Source: an uncultured Acidobacteriota bacterium
GTDB lineage: Bacteria; Acidobacteriota; Polarisedimenticolia; J045
DNA length: 64,000 bases
Direction: 5' to 3'
Assembly (NCBI GenBank): GCA_963702425.1
Contig: CAVPCQ010000019.1
Location: 1-64,000 of the forward strand
The notes under the pieces are model-generated. The model ran no database searches. It was not told the DNA's origin and saw nothing but the letters and a program-made list of their open reading frames with translations. Below are positions 29,517 to 39,823 of the stretch, one piece after another. The stretch's first letter is position 1. Each line of letters starts with the position of its first letter. The position numbers were made by a program, and so were the translations under genes.

Positions 29517-30215
29517 ATGAGGAAGCTGTACGAGTCGGCGGACGCCGCCGTCGTCGACGTGAAGGACGGCGCGACGCTGGTCGTCGGCGGGTTCGGCCTG
29601 TGCGGGAACCCCGAGAACCTGATCGCCGCGTTGCACCGCAAGGGCGTGAAGCGGCTGACGATCGTCTCGAACAACTGCGGGACGACCGACCAGGGGCTGG
29701 GGGTCCTGCTGGCCGCGCAGCAGGTCCGGAAGATGGTCTCCAGCTACGTCGGCGAGAACAAGGTGTTCGAGCAGCAGTACCTGTCCGGCGAGCTGGAGGT
29801 CGAGATGGTGCCGCAGGGGACGCTGGCCGAGCGCTGCCGCGCCGGGGCCGCCGGGATCGGCGGCTTCTACACGCCGACGGGGGTCGGGACCCAGGTCGCG
29901 GAAGGGAAGGAGACGCGCCTGCTCGGCGGCCGCGAGTACCTGCTCGAGCTGCCGATCCGGGGGGACTTCGCGCTGATCAAGGCCTGGAAGGCCGACCCTC
30001 TGGGGAACCTGGTCTTTCGCCGGACGGCGCGCAACTTCAACGGCTGCATGGCGGGTGCCGCGCCGGTCACGATCGCCGAGGTCGAGGAGATCGTGCCGGT
30101 CGGAGCGCTCGATCCCGATGCGATCCACGTGCCGTCGATCTACGTCCAGCGGCTGGTCCTGGGGAAGGACTACGTCAAGCCCATCGAGCGCCGCACCACG
30201 CGGCCGAGGTCGTGA
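29517..30215 (+). CDS. scoA: 3-oxoacid CoA-transferase subunit A
   Basis: [31 protein letters not shown]. Confidence 0.92.
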   Translation: MRKLYESADAAVVDVKDGATLVVGGFGLCGNPENLIAALHRKGVKRLTIVSNNCGTTDQGLGVLLAAQQVRKMVSSYVGENKVFEQQYLSGELEVEMVPQGTLAERCRAGAAGIGGFYTPTGVGTQVAEGKETRLLGGREYLLELPIRGDFALIKAWKADPLGNLVFRRTARNFNGCMAGAAPVTIAEVEEIVPVGALDPDAIHVPSIYVQRLVLGKDYVKPIERRTTRPRS

Positions 30216-30216
30216 G

Positions 30217-30873
30217 ATGGCCCTCACCCGCGAACAGATCGCCCAACGCGCGGCCCAGGAGCTGCGCGATGGCTTCTACGTCAACCTCGGGATCGGCATG
30301 CCGACGCTGGTCGCGAACTACGTCCCGCCCGGGGTCGAGGTCGTGCTGCAGTCCGAGAACGGGATGCTGGGGCTCGGGCCCTACCCGTACGACGACCAGG
30401 TGGATCCCGACCTGATCAACGCCGGCAAGGAGACCGTGACCGAGATCCCCGGCACGGCCTACTTCAACTCGGCCGAGTCGTTCGCGATGATCCGCGGCGG
30501 CCAGATCGACCTCGCGATCCTGGGAGCGTTCGAGGTCTCCGAGCACGGCGACCTCGCCAACTGGGTCATCCCCGGGAAGATGGTCAAGGGGATGGGAGGC
30601 GCGATGGACCTCGTGGTCGGGGCCAAGCGCGTGATCGTGATCATGGACCACGCCAGCAAGGACGGGAAGCCGAAGCTGCTGAAGCAGTGCACGCTGCCGA
30701 TCACCGGCCTGCGCTGCGTGTCGGCGGTCTGCACCGATCTGGCCTGGATCGACGTCACGAAGGACGGCCTCGTGCTGCGCGAGCTGGCGCCCGGCGTGAC
30801 CGTGGAGGCGGTCCAGAAGCTGACCGAGCCGGCCCTCCGCGTGGCGCCCGACCTGAAGACGATGACGGTGTAG
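30217..30873 (+). CDS. scoB: 3-oxoacid CoA-transferase subunit B
   Basis: VNLGIGMPT, catalytic [15 protein letters not shown]. Confidence 0.93.
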   Translation: MALTREQIAQRAAQELRDGFYVNLGIGMPTLVANYVPPGVEVVLQSENGMLGLGPYPYDDQVDPDLINAGKETVTEIPGTAYFNSAESFAMIRGGQIDLAILGAFEVSEHGDLANWVIPGKMVKGMGGAMDLVVGAKRVIVIMDHASKDGKPKLLKQCTLPITGLRCVSAVCTDLAWIDVTKDGLVLRELAPGVTVEAVQKLTEPALRVAPDLKTMTV

Positions 30874-30889
30874 CGCGAGCTGCGCCCCG

Positions 30890-32332
30890 ATGGAGCCGGA
30901 CCGCGTCGACGAGCTGGAGGGGCGTGCTGCGGTCACGGGATCGTCGAGAGACGGCGTGCTCGTCCGCATCGGGCTGGCCCTGGCGGCGTGGAGCGAGCGC
31001 TGGTTCCCGGACCCGTTCGTCTTCGCGCTCGCCGGCGTGGTCGTCGTCTTTGCCGGGGGGCTGCTGATCGGCGAGAAGCCGGCCCGGCTGGCGGTGGAGG
31101 GCGGCAAGTCGTTCTGGTCGCTCGTCCCGTTCACGATGCAGATGGTGATGATCATCGTAGGCGGGTTCGTCGTGGCCTCGACGCCGCTCGTGCAGCGCGC
31201 GATCCGGGCGCTGGCGGGCCTGCCGCGGACCCCGCGCGGAGCGGTCGCGTGGGTCGCGCTGCTCTCGATGCTGACGTCGCTCGTCTCGTGGGGGCTGAGC
31301 CTGGTGTTCAGCGGCCTCTACGTCCGCGAGCTGGCGCGGCGGATCCCGGGGCTGGACTACCGGGCGGCCGGAGCCGCGGGCTACCTGGGGCTCGGCGCGG
31401 TCTGGGCGATGGGGCTGTCGTCGTCGGCCGCGCTGATGATGGCGACGCCCAGCGCGATCCCGCCGTCGCTGTTCAAGATCAGCGGGCTGATCCCGCTGAC
31501 CGAGACGATCTTCCTCTGGCCGAGCCTCGTGACCACCGCGATCCTGATCGCGGTCTCGGTCCTGATCGCCTACTGGTCGGCGCCCCCGCCCGAGCGCGCC
31601 CGGACCGCCGCGTCGTACGGGATCGACCTCGAGGAACCGCCGGCCACGCCGCGCGCGGCCCGCACCCGTCCGGGTGAGTGGCTCGACGAGAGCCCGCTGC
31701 TGCCGCTGCTGGTCGCGCTGCTGCTCGCCTGGTACCTGGTCGACCTGTTCCGCTCGTCGCCGCAGGGCGTGCTCGCGGCGCTCGACCTGCCGACCTACAA
31801 CCTGGTCTTCCTGACGGCCGGGCTGCTGCTCCACTGGCGGCCGCGGCGCTTCGTCGAGGCGGTGACGAAGTGCATCCCTGCGACCGCGGGAGTCGTGATC
31901 CAGTACCCGTTCTACGCGGTCGTCTTCGGGATGATCGTCGGGACCAGCCTCTCCGACTGGCTGGCGCGCATCTTCGTGTCGGTCAGCACCCCCGGGAGCT
32001 ACCCGCTAGTGGTGGCGTTCTACTCGACCGTGCTCGGGGTCTTCATCCCGTCCGCGGGCAGCCGCTGGGTGATCGAGGCGCCCTACGTGCTCGAGGCGGC
32101 CAACGTCCACCAGGTGCACCTGGGCTGGGTGGTGCAGATCTACAACGCGTCGGAGGCCCTGCCGAACCTGATCAACCCGTTCTGGATGCTGCCGCTGCTC
32201 GGGATCCTCAAGCTCAAGGCGCGCGACCTGGTCGGTTACGGCGTGCTGCAGCTGATCGTGCACGTGCCGCTGGTCTACCTGCTCTGCTGGCTGTTCGCGA
32301 CCTTCGTGTCGTACGCGCCGCCGGTGAAGTGA
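30890..32332 (+). CDS. atoE: Short-chain fatty acid transporter (AtoE family)
   Basis: RWFPDPFVFA, FTMQM, SWGLSL, DYRAAGAAGYLG, NLINPFWMLPLLG; operon context. Confidence 0.88.
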   Translation: MEPDRVDELEGRAAVTGSSRDGVLVRIGLALAAWSERWFPDPFVFALAGVVVVFAGGLLIGEKPARLAVEGGKSFWSLVPFTMQMVMIIVGGFVVASTPLVQRAIRALAGLPRTPRGAVAWVALLSMLTSLVSWGLSLVFSGLYVRELARRIPGLDYRAAGAAGYLGLGAVWAMGLSSSAALMMATPSAIPPSLFKISGLIPLTETIFLWPSLVTTAILIAVSVLIAYWSAPPPERARTAASYGIDLEEPPATPRAARTRPGEWLDESPLLPLLVALLLAWYLVDLFRSSPQGVLAALDLPTYNLVFLTAGLLLHWRPRRFVEAVTKCIPATAGVVIQYPFYAVVFGMIVGTSLSDWLARIFVSVSTPGSYPLVVAFYSTVLGVFIPSAGSRWVIEAPYVLEAANVHQVHLGWVVQIYNASEALPNLINPFWMLPLLGILKLKARDLVGYGVLQLIVHVPLVYLLCWLFATFVSYAPPVK

Positions 32333-33288
32333 TGCCCGGCCCGCCGCCCTTCCCGGTCGCCCGCACGCTGCGCGACAACCCGCGCAGCGCGCGGCGCGCG
32401 CTGCTCGTCCGCTTCGGCCGGCCGCTGTCGTTCGCGGGGGCCGCGGCGGGGGTCGTGGCCGGGGCCTTCCTGATCGCCTGGGCGCTCAACGCGTTCTACG
32501 TCCCGACCCAGCTGCTGGCGGGTGGCGTCACGGGGATCGCGCTCCTGCTGCGGGACCTGGCCGGCTTCCGGCTCGGGCTGGTGATCGCGCTGCTGAACGT
32601 CCCGATCTTCCTGCTCGGGTATCGGGACATCGGCGCGCGCTTCGCCGCGCTGTCGGCGATCGGCGTCCTGGCTCTCTCGCTCTTCGCTGACTTCCTGCCG
32701 GTCCGGCCGCTGACCGACGACCCGCTGCTGGCCTCGATCTTCGGCGGCGTGGTGGTCGGCATCGGCGGCGGGCTCGCGCTGCGGGCGGGCGGCTCGACCG
32801 GCGGTTTCGACATCCTCGGCGTCGTGCTGAACCGGCGCTTCGGGCTGGGGGTCAGCGAGGTGCTGCTGTTCCTGAACGGCGGGCTGATCGTGGCCAAGGG
32901 GTTCCTCGGGACGCCCGAGCTGGCGATGTACACGCTGGTCGCGATCTGGACCTCGGCCCGCGCGATGGACGCCCTGATGGCGTCCCGCCCGCGCAAGGCC
33001 TTCCTGATCGTCAGCCGCCGGAGCGACGAGATCCGGCGCCGGGTGCTGGAGCAGATGCGGCGCGGGGTGACGATCCTGGACGGGGAGGGGGGGCACACGG
33101 GCACCCCCCTGAAGGTCCTGCTGGTGGTCGTCCAGCGGGTCGAGATGCGCGAGCTGCGGGACGTGATCCGGGCCGCCGATCCGGCGGCTTTCGTGGCCGT
33201 CCTGGAGGCCAGCGACGTGATGGGCTACTTCCGGCGCCAGTCGGCGATAGACTACCTCCGCAAGCGGGCCGACCGCGCGGAGGACTGA
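32332..33288 (+). CDS. YitT family membrane protein
   Basis: GGVTGIA, LNVPIF, GGSTGGFDI, RGVTILDGEGG, DPAAFV. ATG overlaps the atoE stop. Confidence 0.88.
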   Translation: MPGPPPFPVARTLRDNPRSARRALLVRFGRPLSFAGAAAGVVAGAFLIAWALNAFYVPTQLLAGGVTGIALLLRDLAGFRLGLVIALLNVPIFLLGYRDIGARFAALSAIGVLALSLFADFLPVRPLTDDPLLASIFGGVVVGIGGGLALRAGGSTGGFDILGVVLNRRFGLGVSEVLLFLNGGLIVAKGFLGTPELAMYTLVAIWTSARAMDALMASRPRKAFLIVSRRSDEIRRRVLEQMRRGVTILDGEGGHTGTPLKVLLVVVQRVEMRELRDVIRAADPAAFVAVLEASDVMGYFRRQSAIDYLRKRADRAED

Positions 33289-33547
33289 CGGGCCGGCACA
33301 GAGGCCGGCCCCTACGGATCGCAAGCGGGCCGACCGCGCGGAGGACTGCACGGGCCGGCACAGAGGCCGGCCCCTACGGATCGCGAGCGGGCCGACCGCG
33401 CGGAGGACTGACGGGCCGGCACAACGGGCCGGCACAGAGGCCGGCCCCTACGGATCGCAAGCGGGCCGACCGCGCGGAGGACTGACGGGCCGGCACAGAG
33501 GCCGGCCCCTACGGATCGCGAGCGGGCCGACCGCGCGGAGGACTGAC
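33259..33547. repeat. Tandem array of 61-bp units, each with a GTAG-type REP palindrome
   Basis: Units start at 33259, 33320, 33382, 33456 and 33517 (partial). On the minus strand each has GTAG-GGGCCGGC-CTCTGT-GCCGGCCC. Confidence 0.92.
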
Positions 33548-33550
33548 CCC

Positions 33551-34108
33551 GTGCCCCTGTATGCCCACCGCTTCGAGAGCCCCGTCGGGGAGCTGATCTC
33601 GGTGGTCGACGCGCGGGGGGGGCTGCGCCGGCTCGAGTTCGCCGGCCCGCGCGCGGCGGACGTCGCCGAGGGAACCCCCGGCATCGAGTGGGACCGGGCG
33701 AAGAACAACGTCGTGATGCACCAGCTCTCGGCCTACTTCCGGCGCAAGCGGCAGAAGTTCGAGCTGAAGCTGGCGCCCGAGGGGACCGAGTTCCAGCTGC
33801 GAATCTGGGCCGAGCTGATGAAGATCCCGTTCGGCCGGACGATCACCTACCTGCAGTTGGCCGAGCGCTTCGGCGACCCGCTGGCCGCGCGGGCCGTGGC
33901 GCAGGCGGTGGCCCACAACGCGATCGCGATCGTCGTGCCGTGCCACCGCGTGATCGGTTCGGACGGCTCGCTCACCGGCTACGGCGGCGGGCTGCCGGCC
34001 AAGCAGTACCTGCTGGAGCTGGAGGGGGCGCTCCGCCAGCCGACCCTCTACGGCGCGCTCACGGTCGCGGGTTCCAGGCGGCGATCTCGCCGAGGTCCTT
34101 CCGCCTGA
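33551..34108 (+). CDS. ogt: Methylated-DNA-protein-cysteine methyltransferase
   Basis: GTEFQ, IPFGRTITY, active site PCHRVIG, LTGYGGG. Confidence 0.93.
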   Translation: MPLYAHRFESPVGELISVVDARGGLRRLEFAGPRAADVAEGTPGIEWDRAKNNVVMHQLSAYFRRKRQKFELKLAPEGTEFQLRIWAELMKIPFGRTITYLQLAERFGDPLAARAVAQAVAHNAIAIVVPCHRVIGSDGSLTGYGGGLPAKQYLLELEGALRQPTLYGALTVAGSRRRSRRGPSA

Positions 34109-34736
34109 GGTCGGGCACCGCGGCGTCCGGGGCCGGGTAGCCGATCGGAAAGAGGATGTACGGCCTCTCGTGGGGCGGGCGGCCGAGCAGCCGCGCCAGG
34201 AATCCCATCGGACTCGGGGTGTGGGTCAGCGTGGACAGACCCATCACGTGAAGCGCGGCGACGAAGAGGCCGCAGGCGATCCCGACGCTTTCCTTGACGT
34301 AGTAGTTCTTGCGCGGCGAGCCGTCGGGGTTCTCGCCGCGGACCTCCTCGAACACGACGACCAGCCAGGGTACCGTCTCGAGATACGGCTTCTGCCAGGA
34401 CGTGCCGAGCGGTTCGAGCGCCTCGCGCCACTCCGGCGGCATCCGCCCCCCCTCGTAGGAAGCGCGCTCCTCGGCCTCGGCCGCGACGCGGATCTCGCGC
34501 TTGATGTCCGGGTCGTCGACGGCGACGAAACGCCAGGGCTGGCGGTGGGCGCCGGACGGCGCGGTCGAGGCGGTCCGGATCGCCAGCTCGATCAACGCGC
34601 GCGGCACCGGGTCGGGGGCGAAGTCGCGAACGCTGCGGCGTGCGTCCATCTGCGCGAGGAAGGCGCGCGCGCGGCGCAGCATCTCGTCCTCGGGCAGACG
34701 CGGTGGCTGGTAGGGAACGAAGCGGGGCTGACCCAT
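34059..34736 (-). CDS. Nitroreductase family, iodotyrosine deiodinase (IYD)-like
   Basis: RRSVRDF, TAPSGAHRQPW, AAEAEERASY, LGTSWQKPYLE, NYYVKESVGIACG, TLTHTPSPM. Confidence 0.82.
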   Translation of the reverse strand: MGQPRFVPYQPPRLPEDEMLRRARAFLAQMDARRSVRDFAPDPVPRALIELAIRTASTAPSGAHRQPWRFVAVDDPDIKREIRVAAEAEERASYEGGRMPPEWREALEPLGTSWQKPYLETVPWLVVVFEEVRGENPDGSPRKNYYVKESVGIACGLFVAALHVMGLSTLTHTPSPMGFLARLLGRPPHERPYILFPIGYPAPDAAVPDLRRKDLGEIAAWNPRP

Positions 34737-34745
34737 GTCCCGAGT

Positions 34746-37700
34746 CTAACCGACGACGGTCCCGGCTCCCGCGCGCTGGAGCGCGGCGACCAGTTCCTCG
34801 ACGCGTACCGGCTTGCCGATGTAGTCGTCCATCCCGGCAGCGAGGCAGGCCTCGCGGTCGCCCTTCATCACGTTCGCGGTCATGGCGATGATCAGCGGCT
34901 GCCGCGCCGGGGAGGGGAGCCGCCGGATCCGCCGAGCCGCCTCGAGCCCGTCCATCAACGGCATCTGCACGTCCATCAGGATCACGTCGTAGCCGCGCAT
35001 CGCAGCGGCCTCGACCGCCGCCTGACCGTCGGCAACGAGGTCGGCCCGATATCCGAGGCGCTCGAGCATCCGCACCGCAACGCGCTGGTTGACCGGGTGG
35101 TCCTCGGCCAGCAGGATCGCCAGCGGGACGCGGTCCGCCATCGAACGGTCGAACCAGGCCTCCCCCGGCGCGGGCAGAGGCGGGACCGGCAGGTCGGTCG
35201 GCGGCGCGACGAGCGTGAAGTGGAAGGTCGAGCCGACCCCCACCTCGCTCTCGACCCACATCCCGCCGCCCATCAACTCGACCAGCCGCTTGCTGATCAC
35301 GAGGCCCAGGCCGGTTCCGCCGAAACGCCGCGTGGTCGAGGCGTCGATCTGCGAGAAGGGGCGGAAGAGCCGGTCGCGGCGCTCGCTCGGGATTCCGATC
35401 CCGGTGTCCTGCACCGCGACGTGAATCAGCGGCCGATCGGTTTCCCACCGCACCGCGGCGCTGACGCGCACGCCGCCGCGCTCGGTGAACTTGAGCGCGT
35501 TCCCGACCAGGTTGAGCAGCACCTGGCACAGGCGCGTCTGGTCGCCGAGCACCGCGGCCGGCACGGCCGGATCGACGTCGAGCACCAGCGCCAGGCCGCG
35601 CCGCTCCGCCTCCGGACGGACCATGTCGAGCGTTTCCGCGAGCGCGCGCCGCGGGTCGAGCGGCAGGCTCTCGAGCTCCAGTCGGCCGGATTCGATCTTC
35701 GAGAAGTCGAGGATCTCGTTGATGATCGTCAGGAGCGACTCGCTGCTGCGCCGGATCGCCTCCGCCGCCTCGTGCTGGTCGGGGTCGAGCGAGCTGTCCA
35801 GGAGCAGCGTCGTCATCCCGATCACCGCGTTCATCGGAGTGCGGATCTCGTGGCTCATGTTGGCCAGGAACTCGCTCTTGGCCCGCGCCGCCTGCTCGGC
35901 CTGTTCCTTGGCCCGCCGTAACTCGTCCTGCTCGCGCAGCTCCTGCGTGATGTCGTGGATCAGCGACACGGCGGCGACGACGCGGCCCTCGTCGTCGAGG
36001 ACGCGGCGAGTTGTACCACTCGCAGGTGATGATCCGGCCGTCGCGCGTGACGTTCTCCTTGACCGAGTGCCTGCCGCCTTCCGACCGGCCGAGTTCCTCG
36101 AAAATGGGCACGACCGACGGCCGGCTCGGCTCCGGCACGATCAAGCACGCCTGCCGGCCCAGCGCCTCCTCGCATCGCCAGCCGAAGATCCGCTCCGCCG
36201 CCGGGTTCCAGCCGACGATTCGATCGTCCCCGTCCCATTCGATGAAGGCGAGCGTCGAGTTGCGGATGCTGGCCGAGAGCTTCTGCTCCGACCGCCGCAG
36301 CGCCTCTTCCGCCGCCCGGCGCAGCGAGACGTCGCGCAGGTTCACGATCACGCCGCCGGCGTCGGCGTCGGCGCGCTGGTCGCTGGCCACGACCTCGAGC
36401 TGCACCCAGCGGGAGTCGGCATGTGCGAAACGAGCCTCGACGGGGGCCTCGAGACGACCGGTACCGGCGGTCGGGGCGGCCAGGGAATGCAGCAGCGCGC
36501 GGTCGTCGGGGTGAACCAGGTCGAGCAGCAGGTGGCCGATCAGGTCGGCCTCCGTCCGGCCGAGCACGCGCTCCACCGAAGGACTGGCGGAGCAGACCCG
36601 CCCCGTCGCCGTCCACGATCGCAATGATGTCCCACGAGAAGCGCAGGATCGCCGAGAGCCGCTGTTCGCTCCGTTCGAGCGCCAGGGAGGCCCGCTTGCG
36701 CTCGTCGATCGAGAGCATCGTCATCGAGACCATCGAGGTGCCGCCGTCGTGGTCGAAGACCGGGGCGTAGGTGATCTCGAACCACTGGGCCTCCCCGCCG
36801 CGCGAGGTCAGTTGGAGTTCGACGATCCGGGTCTCGCCACGGACGGCCAGGTGGAGCCCCTCCTCGACCGCGGCGCGGTCCTCCGGCGGCAACAGGGCCG
36901 GGAGCGGCTGACCGGACTCCACCTGCCGGCCGAAGAGCCGCTCGACGGTCTGCCGCATGTTGCGGTTGATCGAGAGCACCCTTCCCGCAGGGTCCATCAG
37001 CGCGATCGCCTGGACCCCGCTCTCGACGATCGCGCGCAGCTTGGCCTCGGACGACGATAGGGCGCGCTCGATGGCGCGCCGTTCCGAGACGTCGCTCACC
37101 AGCGCCGTGATCCATTCCTCGCCGCCCACGCGCACGTGCGACAGCGCGGCGTCGATCGCGAGCTCGGAGCCGTCCTTTCTCCAGCCCGAGACCTCGAGGC
37201 GTCGTGATGCCGGCCGCGTCTCAGGGTGGTTCCAGTAGTTCGCGCGATGCGCCTCGTGACGCCCCCGCACCGCGGGCGGGACGATCGTCTCGATCTTCCG
37301 TCCGCCCAGTTCGCCCCGCTCGTAGCCGAACATCTGCTCGAGCGAGGCGTTCGCGAACAGGATGGTCCCGTCGCGGTCGATCGTCACCACACCGATCGAC
37401 TTGGTCTCGAGATAGCCCTGCAGCAGCGCGCGGACACGGCGCTCCTCGCGCCGCAGCCGCCCGGTCGCGGCCGTCCACCGGGCGAGGCGCGCCAGCACCC
37501 GCGCGTCGAGCACGGAGCGCGGGATGACGTCGATCGCGCCCGAATCGAACGCGACGGCGAAGTCGGCCAGCCCGGTGTCGTCGTCGTCGTTGAGCAGCAC
37601 GATCGGCCACTCGGCCGCGTGCAGCCGCAGCCAGGCGAGGAGCCCATGCATCGCGTACCCGTCGGTGCCGCCGGGATCGACGATCACCAGGCGGTCGGCC

Positions 37701-37873
37701 GGATCGCCGGCGTCGGGGAGCGAGGTGGGCAGGCCAACGGCGCAGAGGACCTGGATCGGTCCCGTGCGCGCCAGAGCGGCAGCCTCCTGAGCGATCGAGG
37801 CGAGGTGGGTCGAGAGCGCCTCATGGCGATCAGGCGCGGCCACGACCCACACCTGGATCGGTGCGGATTCCAT
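34746..37873 (-). CDS. Hybrid multi-PAS histidine kinase/response regulator, split by two +1 insertions (~36602, ~36004)
   Basis: Degenerate REC, 4 PAS domains, FLANMSHEIRTPMN, NALKFT, GGTGLGL and C-terminal REC (LMDVQMP). Removing one base at each site joins ORFs 35960..37873, 34048..36624 and 34746..35969. Confidence 0.85.
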
Positions 37874-37915
37874 GCAAAGTCCCCGCGGGGGCAGCGCCCC
37901 CGCACCCCGGGAAAC

Positions 37916-39823
37916 TTAGGTCCCGGCGGACCGGCGCGAAAGGCCTCGGCCCAGCACGACCACCAGCACGACGGCCGCCACGGCGAGCGCTGCCCAGAGC
38001 GCCCATTTCGTGCCGCGGACCAGCCTTTCGATCTCCGCACTTGTCCGCGCCATGTCGACCGTCACCGCCACGGTCGGCCGAAGGGCGAGCTGGCGCGCGA
38101 CGCTCCGGACCCGCGGCGCAGCCTCCAGCAGGGGATCGAACCCGGAGGCCAGCCGGACCTCCCCGGAGCGCTCCTCGGCACGGGACAGGTCGGGCCAGGC
38201 GAACCTCAGGGCGCAGCGCGCCCGCCACACGCGCGCTGTCGCCGGCGGGGAGGCGCCCGCCCGGGCCACGAGTTCCAGCCCCGTCGCGAACTCGGGCAGG
38301 GTGACGTCGATGAAGGCGAGGCACGGCCCCGCACCAGACGCGCCGCGGGTCCAGGCGCCGGCGCCGGCGGGCCCGCGGTCGAGCACCCCCGGCCGCGGCT
38401 GCCTCACCCACGCCGCTTCGACCTCGCCCTCGCAGCGCACGCCCGGCGCGGCGCGCAGCTCGACCTGCACGCTCGAACCGTCCGCTGCGGAGAGGGGCAG
38501 TGAGACTCGCCCGTCGACCGATCCCGATCCCGTTCCCGCCTCCGGCTCGGCGCCGACGTCGAGGACGAAGGGCACGACCATGCTGCCGGCCATCGGCCGC
38601 AGCCCGTCAGCGCGCACCCCCGGCTGCGCGAGCAACGCGTCCGAGATCTCGACCCGCACGACGTCGCCCGGCCGTGCGCCGGGGGCAACGATTGGCCACG
38701 ACAGCCAGCCGCGCGGCAGGCGGCCGGCCGGGACGAGGTCGGTTGCGTCGGCGTCGAGAGGAGGCAGGGACGCGCGCGCCGGCGAGCCGAGCGCCAGGCC
38801 GGCGACCCGCGCGTCGAGCGCCGCGACGGGGCGTTCCCCCTGGCCGTCGTCGGGCTCGGGAGCGACGAGAAAGCGCCCTGCCGACGTCGCGTCGAAAAGC
38901 AGCCAGGCCGGCTCGAGCACCAGCGTCGCCGTCTCGATCGCCGGGCCGCGCGCCGTCTCGCTCTCGATCCGCAGCACGGACGAGGGGAGCGGTGCGCGAG
39001 GCAGCGTGATCGTGCACGGCGCAGCGCAGGATGCGACGTCCGCCAGAGGCTCCCAGCGCCCCTCGCGCGCGGCCAGCAGGCGGAGCGGCGCGCCTTCCAG
39101 GCCGGTCCCGTACAGCTCGAGCCGCGTCGCCAGCAACCCCGCTGCCGGCAGCTCGACGCGCCACGAGCCCGCGACGGCCGTCGGGGTCACGCGCGCGGCT
39201 GCGGCCGGCGCGTCGCGGCCCGCCTTCTCGCCGACCACGACCGCGGCCCCGTCGAGCGCCGGGAAGCCGGCCGCCCGCGGCCAGTCGACGCGCAGGTAGC
39301 GGAACGACGCCGGGGCCAGATCGAGCGCGGTGCGGGCCAGCCCGGCTTCGTCTCCGAGCCGGACGAACGAGCCGCGGCCGAGCGGCGTCCACGATGCGCG
39401 GTCGTCGCTCCCGAAGACGCGCACCGCCGCCGCCGTCTCGCGCGTCGGCGTCACGAGGAGGCGCTCGTAAGCGACCGGCAGCACGCCGGCGTCGAAGACG
39501 ACGGACCAGCCGTCCGCGGTCTCGTCGGTGGCGGCGAGCGCGATCGGGTGTGTGCCGCGCGGTGCGGTCAGCCGGTGCGCGGGGAGCGTCCGGCCGCCGG
39601 CGTCGAGCACCACGAGCCGTCCGCCCGGAGGGCTCATCGCCAGCGCGTCGGCGTCGAGCGCGACGCGCACCCAGCCCGGCGCCGGGACGGCGAGCTCACG
39701 GGCCGGGCGGGTGTCGTCACCACCCGCCGCCGACGCAGCCGGCGCGACCAGGATTACGCCCGCGGCGAAGAGCGCCGAGCGGCCCGCCCGGCGCGACCAC
39801 CGCCGCCCGCAGCCGCCGCTCAC
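37916..39823 (-). CDS. Hypothetical exported protein with a C-terminal TM anchor (DUF3999-like partner of DUF2339)
   Basis: GTG overlaps the upstream stop (GTGA); signal-like N-terminus; GSDD..W and FRYLRV motifs; terminal WALWAALAVAAVVLVVVL TM. Confidence 0.6.
   Translation of the reverse strand: MSGGCGRRWSRRAGRSALFAAGVILVAPAASAAGGDDTRPARELAVPAPGWVRVALDADALAMSPPGGRLVVLDAGGRTLPAHRLTAPRGTHPIALAATDETADGWSVVFDAGVLPVAYERLLVTPTRETAAAVRVFGSDDRASWTPLGRGSFVRLGDEAGLARTALDLAPASFRYLRVDWPRAAGFPALDGAAVVVGEKAGRDAPAAAARVTPTAVAGSWRVELPAAGLLATRLELYGTGLEGAPLRLLAAREGRWEPLADVASCAAPCTITLPRAPLPSSVLRIESETARGPAIETATLVLEPAWLLFDATSAGRFLVAPEPDDGQGERPVAALDARVAGLALGSPARASLPPLDADATDLVPAGRLPRGWLSWPIVAPGARPGDVVRVEISDALLAQPGVRADGLRPMAGSMVVPFVLDVGAEPEAGTGSGSVDGRVSLPLSAADGSSVQVELRAAPGVRCEGEVEAAWVRQPRPGVLDRGPAGAGAWTRGASGAGPCLAFIDVTLPEFATGLELVARAGASPPATARVWRARCALRFAWPDLSRAEERSGEVRLASGFDPLLEAAPRVRSVARQLALRPTVAVTVDMARTSAEIERLVRGTKWALWAALAVAAVVLVVVLGRGLSRRSAGT

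Noticed and set aside
33259-33547. CRISPR array
   Set aside because: The intervening segments are near-identical rather than unique spacers, there are no cas genes or leader, and the palindrome fits a GTAG-REP.
35960-36624. Programmed ribosomal frameshifting in the hybrid kinase
   Set aside because: No slippery heptamer or stimulatory structure, and the same +1 pattern occurs in unrelated genes.
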